This document shows positions 59,365 through 64,000 of a stretch of 64,000 nt of DNA, piece after piece. The notes under the pieces are model-generated. The model did no database searches and was not told where the DNA came from. It saw only the letters and a list, made by a program, of their open reading frames with translations. Position numbers and translations under genes: made by a program. Within the stretch, counting starts at the first letter, position 1; every line of letters starts with the position of its first letter. The stretch comes from Candidatus Woesearchaeota archaeon (GTDB taxonomy: Archaea; Nanobdellota; Nanobdellia; Woesearchaeales; WJIZ01): NCBI GenBank assembly GCA_018303125.1, contig JAGVYS010000003.1, forward strand, positions 637 through 64,636. Reading direction: 5' to 3'.

Positions 59365-59508
59365 GCGGGGAGTAGGATTTGAACCCACGTAGGCACTAAG
59401 CCAACAGGTGTCTTCCAGTCACAGCAAAAAGCTCCTAACACCTTTCTCCGAAACGACCTAAGCTTAGACATTAATTACTGTCCCGTTTGACCGCTCCGGC
59501 ATCCCCGC
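59365..59508 (-). tRNA. class II tRNA (Ser/Leu-like) with at least one long (~60 nt) intron; anticodon ambiguous (possibly GGA)
   Basis: Reverse complement begins GCGGGGA TG CCG GAGCGGTCAAA CGG... and ends ...GTGGG TTCAAAT CCTAC TCCCCGC with a paired acceptor stem; ~65 extra nt internally. Confidence 0.5.
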
Positions 59509-59642
59509 ATGCGTTTATGAATCCTCAGGATATTTAAAAAGTTACCTGTCAGCTTTTTCTCTACTTGGCTTCGCTCCTATTCATATCTAGACTGAAGCCA
59601 ATGTATTCAGCAAAATCTATATAAATCTCATCTTACCTCATC

Positions 59643-60302
59643 TTGCGTATGAGATATATTCTTTTTTTGGCAGCCATCATGGCGATAATACTTGCAATAG
59701 TCCTAGCAGGATGCGCACAGGATGAATGCAAGGGCGAGGGGAATTGCTATTTTGACAAGGCACTCTCAGAAAAAAATGATTTCTACTGTTCCAAAATAAA
59801 ATCAGAAACACTTAGGAAGTCATGCTATGCTGAAAGGGCAATAGACTCTGACAACATGCAGCTTTGCCTTGAGATAAACAGCAGTTATTGCATTGTGTCA
59901 GTTGCCGAGAATAGGCAAGATGCGGGTTTGTGCAGGACAATATCTGACAGCCATTGGGGCGACACTTGCTACAAGAACTTGGCATCTATGACTGCAAACG
60001 CATCGCTCTGCAGAAGCATAATTAGCACGGATAATAGGGATGGCTGCCACATGGAGCTTGCACAAAATACCAGCCAAACATCTTCCTGCTTTTTCATTAC
60101 CGCTCCATTGGTCAGGGATGTTTGCATTGGCAGCGTGGCTATCCAAAATCTTGACTCAAACGAATGTTACAACATACAGGATATAATGGTCAAGTCAAAG
60201 TGCTACAACAAGATTGCTGTTGCAGCAGGAAAGGCAAAAATATGCGACAGCATAACTATCCCTTCAGTTAGAGAAGAATGCATAAAAGGCATTAAAGCGT
60301 AA
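59643..60302 (+). CDS. secreted/lipoprotein-like Cys-rich repeat protein
   Basis: Signal peptide ending LAGCAQ (lipobox-like), then ~30-aa periodic Cys-containing repeats (C...C...C...). Confidence 0.5.
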   Translation: MRMRYILFLAAIMAIILAIVLAGCAQDECKGEGNCYFDKALSEKNDFYCSKIKSETLRKSCYAERAIDSDNMQLCLEINSSYCIVSVAENRQDAGLCRTISDSHWGDTCYKNLASMTANASLCRSIISTDNRDGCHMELAQNTSQTSSCFFITAPLVRDVCIGSVAIQNLDSNECYNIQDIMVKSKCYNKIAVAAGKAKICDSITIPSVREECIKGIKA

Positions 60303-60326
60303 ATTCTTTAGAAATTACTTGCCAGC

Positions 60327-60488
60327 TTAATTTACTTGCCAGCTGTATTTTCTCATTCTCGGGCTTGCGCCGTATCCGCAGCTCGAGCATTTCTTCTTCC
60401 TGACGTGGAAAGTCCTTTTGCCGCACCTTCTGCAGAATACGAAATTCTTCTTTCCTGATTTCTTTCCATGGGAAGCTGTTCCTTTCAT
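60327..60488 (-). CDS. rpl37e: 50S ribosomal protein L37e (eL37); below the 60-aa cutoff of the ORF track
   Basis: Minus-strand translation MKGTASHGKKSGKKNFVFCRRCGKRTFHVRKKKCSSCGYGASPRMRKYSWQVN with the C4 zinc-ribbon CRRCG...CSSCG; adjacent to LSm as in the conserved archaeal LSm-L37e pair. Confidence 0.8.
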   Translation of the reverse strand: MKGTASHGKKSGKKNFVFCRRCGKRTFHVRKKKCSSCGYGASPRMRKYSWQVN

Positions 60489-60489
60489 T

Positions 60490-60783
60490 TTACTCCGGAG
60501 AAATAATTGTTATTGTGTCCCCTCTTATGAAGACTACTCCCAATTTTCTCTTGACCTGCCCATCTTCCCACTCCTCAGCGTTCCTTAGCACTACATTTAT
60601 GTGCATGTCAAAAGCTTCAAGGTTTCCTAAATATTGCTTCTTATTCTTTAGCTCTACTATTACCCTTTTGTCTCTCGCCCTGTTGAGGGCATCAAGCGGT
60701 CTTGCCTGTTCCATAAACCCCACCAAAATAGATAGCAAAGGATAAGACTCCTTTTTATAAATCTTTAGTTTTTGTTTCATCAT
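60490..60783 (-). CDS. Sm-like archaeal protein (LSm/SmAP)
   Basis: Sm1/Sm2 motifs (...VIVELKNKKQYLGNLEAFDMHINVVLRNAEE...GVVFIRGDTITIISP). The true start is probably the internal Met near 60714. Confidence 0.8.
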   Translation of the reverse strand: MMKQKLKIYKKESYPLLSILVGFMEQARPLDALNRARDKRVIVELKNKKQYLGNLEAFDMHINVVLRNAEEWEDGQVKRKLGVVFIRGDTITIISPE

Positions 60784-60835
60784 ATCTTATGAGGCATCAA
60801 AAAATTTATATAATCACTTGATTCATATTTTCATT

Positions 60836-61120
60836 ATGTCTAACAAAATTGAGAAGATAAGGGCGCAGATTGACAGGATAGACAAGGTGATAATAACTGC
60901 ACTTGCCGAGAGGATGTCCCTGATGCCTGACATAGGCCAATTCAAGAAGGAGCACAACATACCTATATTTCAGGAAAAAAGGGAGCAGCAGATAATGGCA
61001 AGGCTGAAGGAAGCCGCCAAGGAGCAGGATTTGGACGAGAAATTTGTTGAAGAGATTTTCCTGAGCATTTTCAATGAGGCAAAAAGAATACAGCAAGATA
61101 TAATCAATAATCCTGATTAA
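60836..61120 (+). CDS. chorismate mutase (AroQ class)
   Basis: IEKIRAQIDRIDKVIITALAERMSL... is the AroQ helix-1 pattern (R..ID.ID..I..LL.ER); ~94 aa from MSNKIEK. Confidence 0.7.
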   Translation: MSNKIEKIRAQIDRIDKVIITALAERMSLMPDIGQFKKEHNIPIFQEKREQQIMARLKEAAKEQDLDEKFVEEIFLSIFNEAKRIQQDIINNPD

Positions 61121-62079
61121 GAGTATGTGCCTTCTTTCATGAATACTTTTTCTGTGATTACCGCTATTCCATTGCTTTTTTCAAGAATTCCTGCAGAGGT
61201 CATTTGCGCTGGCCCTATTGCCACAAGCTCTTCCTTAAGGCTCATGATTCCTACTATATCGCCTTGGTTTATTCCTTTATGCATCTTTGCAATGCCTGGT
61301 ATGCCTAAATTCCTTCCATGACATAATGATTCTATGGAAGAGTCAAGGACATAGACTTTCTGGAGGTGCCTTATGGCATATTCTATAGGCATTATGATTT
61401 TCCTTATGAATGCCTCATTCTTCTCTTCTTTCCAGTAATGGTATGCATCCGCAAGCTCCTGCAATGAGAAAGACTCATCAATGGAAAAGCAGCCAGCCTT
61501 TGTCCTTACGAGCTCAGCCATGTGGGCTCCGCCCAGTTTTTCCCCTATCTGGTGGCATAGCTTCCTTATGTACGTACCTGCCTCGCACCCGACAACAAAA
61601 AGCACATCCTTTTCTTGAATTTCAAGTATATCAAGATAGTATATGCTCCTCTCCCTTTCCTGCCTTTTCACAGCTGACTTTATTGGTGGGATTTGCTTTA
61701 TCTTCCCTATGAATTGCTTGCACGTATTTTTAATATCGCTCTCGCTCGTTTCCTTATGCAAGTGCATTACGCATACATACTCTTTGCCAGCAGGAAGAAG
61801 GGTCTGCACTATCCTCGTTGCCCTTCCAAGCGCAACAGGCAATACTCCTGTGACAGCCGGGTCTAAAGTACCGGAATGACCAGATTTTTTTATTCCTAAT
61901 ATCCTCTGCACATAATCAGAAACCTGATGTGACGTCGGTCCCTTAGGCTTGTTTATGTTTATGACTCCAAAGCCGATTAGCTCCTCAACACCCCTTTTGT
62001 TCGGGTCAATACCTGCGCTAGGGTTTGTTGAAGATTCCTGCTTGACAATAATGTCAGCTTTTACTTCTTGCATTATCAT
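61117..62079 (-). CDS. cbf5: H/ACA RNP pseudouridine synthase Cbf5 (TruB family plus PUA)
   Basis: ...INKPKGPTSHQVSDYVQRILGIKKSGHSGTLDPAVTGVLPVALGRATRI... (TruB catalytic-Asp motif GTLDP) and a C-terminal PUA domain. Confidence 0.9.
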   Translation of the reverse strand: MIMQEVKADIIVKQESSTNPSAGIDPNKRGVEELIGFGVININKPKGPTSHQVSDYVQRILGIKKSGHSGTLDPAVTGVLPVALGRATRIVQTLLPAGKEYVCVMHLHKETSESDIKNTCKQFIGKIKQIPPIKSAVKRQERERSIYYLDILEIQEKDVLFVVGCEAGTYIRKLCHQIGEKLGGAHMAELVRTKAGCFSIDESFSLQELADAYHYWKEEKNEAFIRKIIMPIEYAIRHLQKVYVLDSSIESLCHGRNLGIPGIAKMHKGINQGDIVGIMSLKEELVAIGPAQMTSAGILEKSNGIAVITEKVFMKEGTYS

Positions 62080-62127
62080 AAATCTAAGAAATCAGGCAAG
62101 TAATTAAAACACTTTTGCTTGCAGCTA

Positions 62128-62577
62128 TCATCTAATCCCATTTTCACTTAATGCATCCCTTAACTCTGTGTTCAGGTAACATTTAATCCCGTATTTCTCG
62201 AATTGCCCTGTCGCAAGCGCAACCAAATCAGGGTTTCCTGATATAGGGATGACAACAACTCTCCCATCAGGAAGATTGCTTCCCGCTTTTACATCATCTG
62301 CTATATACTCCAAAACAGTTTTAAGGGGGGAACAATCTACCTCACCAGGGCGTCCTAAATTGGCATCAATAACATATACGTCAAATGGCCTGTGGGCTAA
62401 TGTTCCTGTAGGAGCAGTTATGCCTGTTCCACTGGTCATTTCTGCTACCATCTCTTCAACACTGGCCACACTGGTTGGAGAATAACAGGTAGGCAGTAAA
62501 CCAGGCATAAATTGAGCTATGGCTGCATTATGCAATCCTAAAAGTGCTCTCTTTTGACCTTGTTCTTGTTCTGCCAT
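62128..62577 (-). CDS. hypothetical protein; paralog of 62672..63127, possible divergent receiver-like fold
   Basis: 149 aa; shared blocks VYVIDANLGRPGEVD and VVVIPISGNPDLVALATGQFEKYGIKC. Confidence 0.5.
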   Translation of the reverse strand: MAEQEQGQKRALLGLHNAAIAQFMPGLLPTCYSPTSVASVEEMVAEMTSGTGITAPTGTLAHRPFDVYVIDANLGRPGEVDCSPLKTVLEYIADDVKAGSNLPDGRVVVIPISGNPDLVALATGQFEKYGIKCYLNTELRDALSENGIR

Positions 62578-62671
62578 GACTATTAGAGTATTATTGTGAT
62601 ATTTAAGCCTTTCTAAATTGTAACTACTTAGAAGTAATCATTAAATTAAATATCTCTGATTCAGCCCAAAT

Positions 62672-63127
62672 TTATTGTGATGGTTTATTGAGATAGTCAC
62701 TAATAGCTGCCTGTACCTGATTCTTGAAGAGGCATTGAATTCCGAACTCCGTGATTATACTTTCCTGAAGATTAGGATTGTTGGATATAGGTATGATGCC
62801 TACCTTTTCTGAATGATAGTCAACCCATACAAAACGATAGAATCTCTTAAAAGGGTCAATATCAACTTTACCTTCCCTACCAAGATTTGCATCCAAGACA
62901 TAAAGCCCGAATGGATTGTGGTAAAGAGAGCCGGTTGGATTATCAGTGGTTATAGTTGATCCCTCAAGCATTCTCCTTATCATATCATCTAGAGTCGGAA
63001 CAAATACCGAATCCATATTTGCGAACAGCGCAGGAAATATGCAAGCCAAATTTTCTCGTAAATTATCATCATGAATCCCAAAAAGGGCCTTCAATTTTTC
63101 AGGTTCTGCCATAGATGTCGGAATCAA
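62672..63127 (-). CDS. hypothetical protein; paralog of 62128..62577
   Basis: 151 aa; LYVLDANLGREGKVD and GIIPISNNPNLQESIITEFGIQC. Confidence 0.5.
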   Translation of the reverse strand: MIPTSMAEPEKLKALFGIHDDNLRENLACIFPALFANMDSVFVPTLDDMIRRMLEGSTITTDNPTGSLYHNPFGLYVLDANLGREGKVDIDPFKRFYRFVWVDYHSEKVGIIPISNNPNLQESIITEFGIQCLFKNQVQAAISDYLNKPSQ

Positions 63128-63245
63128 ATACTGGTATTTAAGCCTTTCTATTTATAACCACTTATAAGTGGCAACTAAATTGCCATCTAAATAAATCGCA
63201 TAATTTGCACTATACTTTTTGAAGCAGAAATATGCATCCAGATAA

Positions 63246-63848
63246 TTGCATCAACTATTTAAATCTGGCAGATGCTGCTCTGGCATGCTTGAAAAAATAA
63301 AGGGAATCATGGCGGTAAGCGGGGAAGTGGCTGCCATAAATGCTAAGTTGGAAGAAACAAAAAAAGCCATTGAAGCCCTTAACTCATCTGTTTATGGCGT
63401 GAAGGAAGAGCTTAATTCTTTTAAGGAAGCACAAAATAAGCTGAAAGTTACTTTCCTCGCTGACTCCGTAAGCATAGGAACATGCAGGGAGGAGCTCATG
63501 GAGCAGATTTCCGATTTCAAGCTCATGAAGTCAAGGATGGAGAAGAAAATGCTTGAAAGCTTCGAAAGCGCTGTAATGGCATGGCTTTCAAGGGAATTTG
63601 AAAGGCTTGGAAAGTGCGTGAAGGATTTTGAAATTCTCTCAAGCGGAGCAGATGAATTCCTGAAAGAGGTTTCAGCTGTAAGGCAGGAAATAGCTAAGTT
63701 GGTTTCATTATCAGAAAAGATAAAGGAAAAGGATTTTGAGCTTACTAAATATGCATCAAGGATAGACTCAGCGGACAAGGAGAAGCTTGAGCTGATGAGA
63801 AGAATTGATACACTTGAGAAGCTTGTTTCAAAGCTAAGAAGAGGATAG
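63246..63848 (+). CDS. coiled-coil protein, function unknown
   Basis: 200 aa dominated by heptad-like E/K/L repeats; the start is uncertain (several in-frame Met). Confidence 0.4.
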   Translation: MHQLFKSGRCCSGMLEKIKGIMAVSGEVAAINAKLEETKKAIEALNSSVYGVKEELNSFKEAQNKLKVTFLADSVSIGTCREELMEQISDFKLMKSRMEKKMLESFESAVMAWLSREFERLGKCVKDFEILSSGADEFLKEVSAVRQEIAKLVSLSEKIKEKDFELTKYASRIDSADKEKLELMRRIDTLEKLVSKLRRG

Positions 63849-63942
63849 ATTTTTAAAAATAGCAATGAAACTTTCTCTGCGGGTCATTGGTCTGGCAGTT
63901 ATGATGCCACCTTGGCATTGTAAGCAACCATGAGTTCCATAT

Positions 63943-64000
63943 GGGGTCGTAGTTCAGTGGCTAGAATGCTGCCTTGACATGGCAGAGGTCGCCGGTTCGA
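63943..64000 (+). tRNA. tRNA-Val(GAC), 5' portion (truncated by the window end)
   Basis: GGGGTCG TA GTTC AGTGGCTA GAAT G CTGCC TTGACAT GGCAG AGGTC GCCGG TTCGA... Confidence 0.65.

Overview
This window reads as a low-GC (about 38-40%) archaeal chromosomal segment. The core genes are compact and syntenic: a partial fumC, carA-NUDIX-carB, pyrG, purE-purC, suhB-like IMPase, purB, aIF-1A, Bud32, the rpoH-rpoB''-rpoB'-rpoA'-rpoA''-L30e-NusA-S12-S7 operon, proCAB, L37e-LSm and cbf5. Several tRNAs carry introns. Three accessory regions sit among these genes. (1) 11.2-12.85 kb holds a RelE/antitoxin pair and a nucleotidyltransferase/HEPN-like pair, delimited by three direct copies of a ~40-bp AT-rich repeat. 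(2) Immediately after that, ~12.9-23.8 kb is a GC-rich (~50-58%) block of bacterial-type sugar-catabolism genes: a cupin, a FGGY kinase, a Gfo/Idh/MocA oxidoreductase and four xylose-isomerase-like TIM-barrel proteins. It ends in a bacterial-style tRNA-Lys-like gene with encoded CCA and a ~1.9-kb ORF-free stretch, followed by a coiled-coil plus HerA/DUF87-like ATPase pair. (3) 48.2-54.6 kb is a tRNA-flanked island with a second nucleotidyltransferase/HEPN-like pair, a 612-aa multi-nucleotidyltransferase-domain protein and a tandem array of four paralogous small aromatic/basic proteins of unknown function. This third region is the best candidate for an undescribed system. Other points of interest are a 1-nt frameshift in a T7 run in purE, an in-frame TAA in a HEPN-like gene with conserved sequence continuing after it, and an apparent GcvT-SHMT fusion protein.
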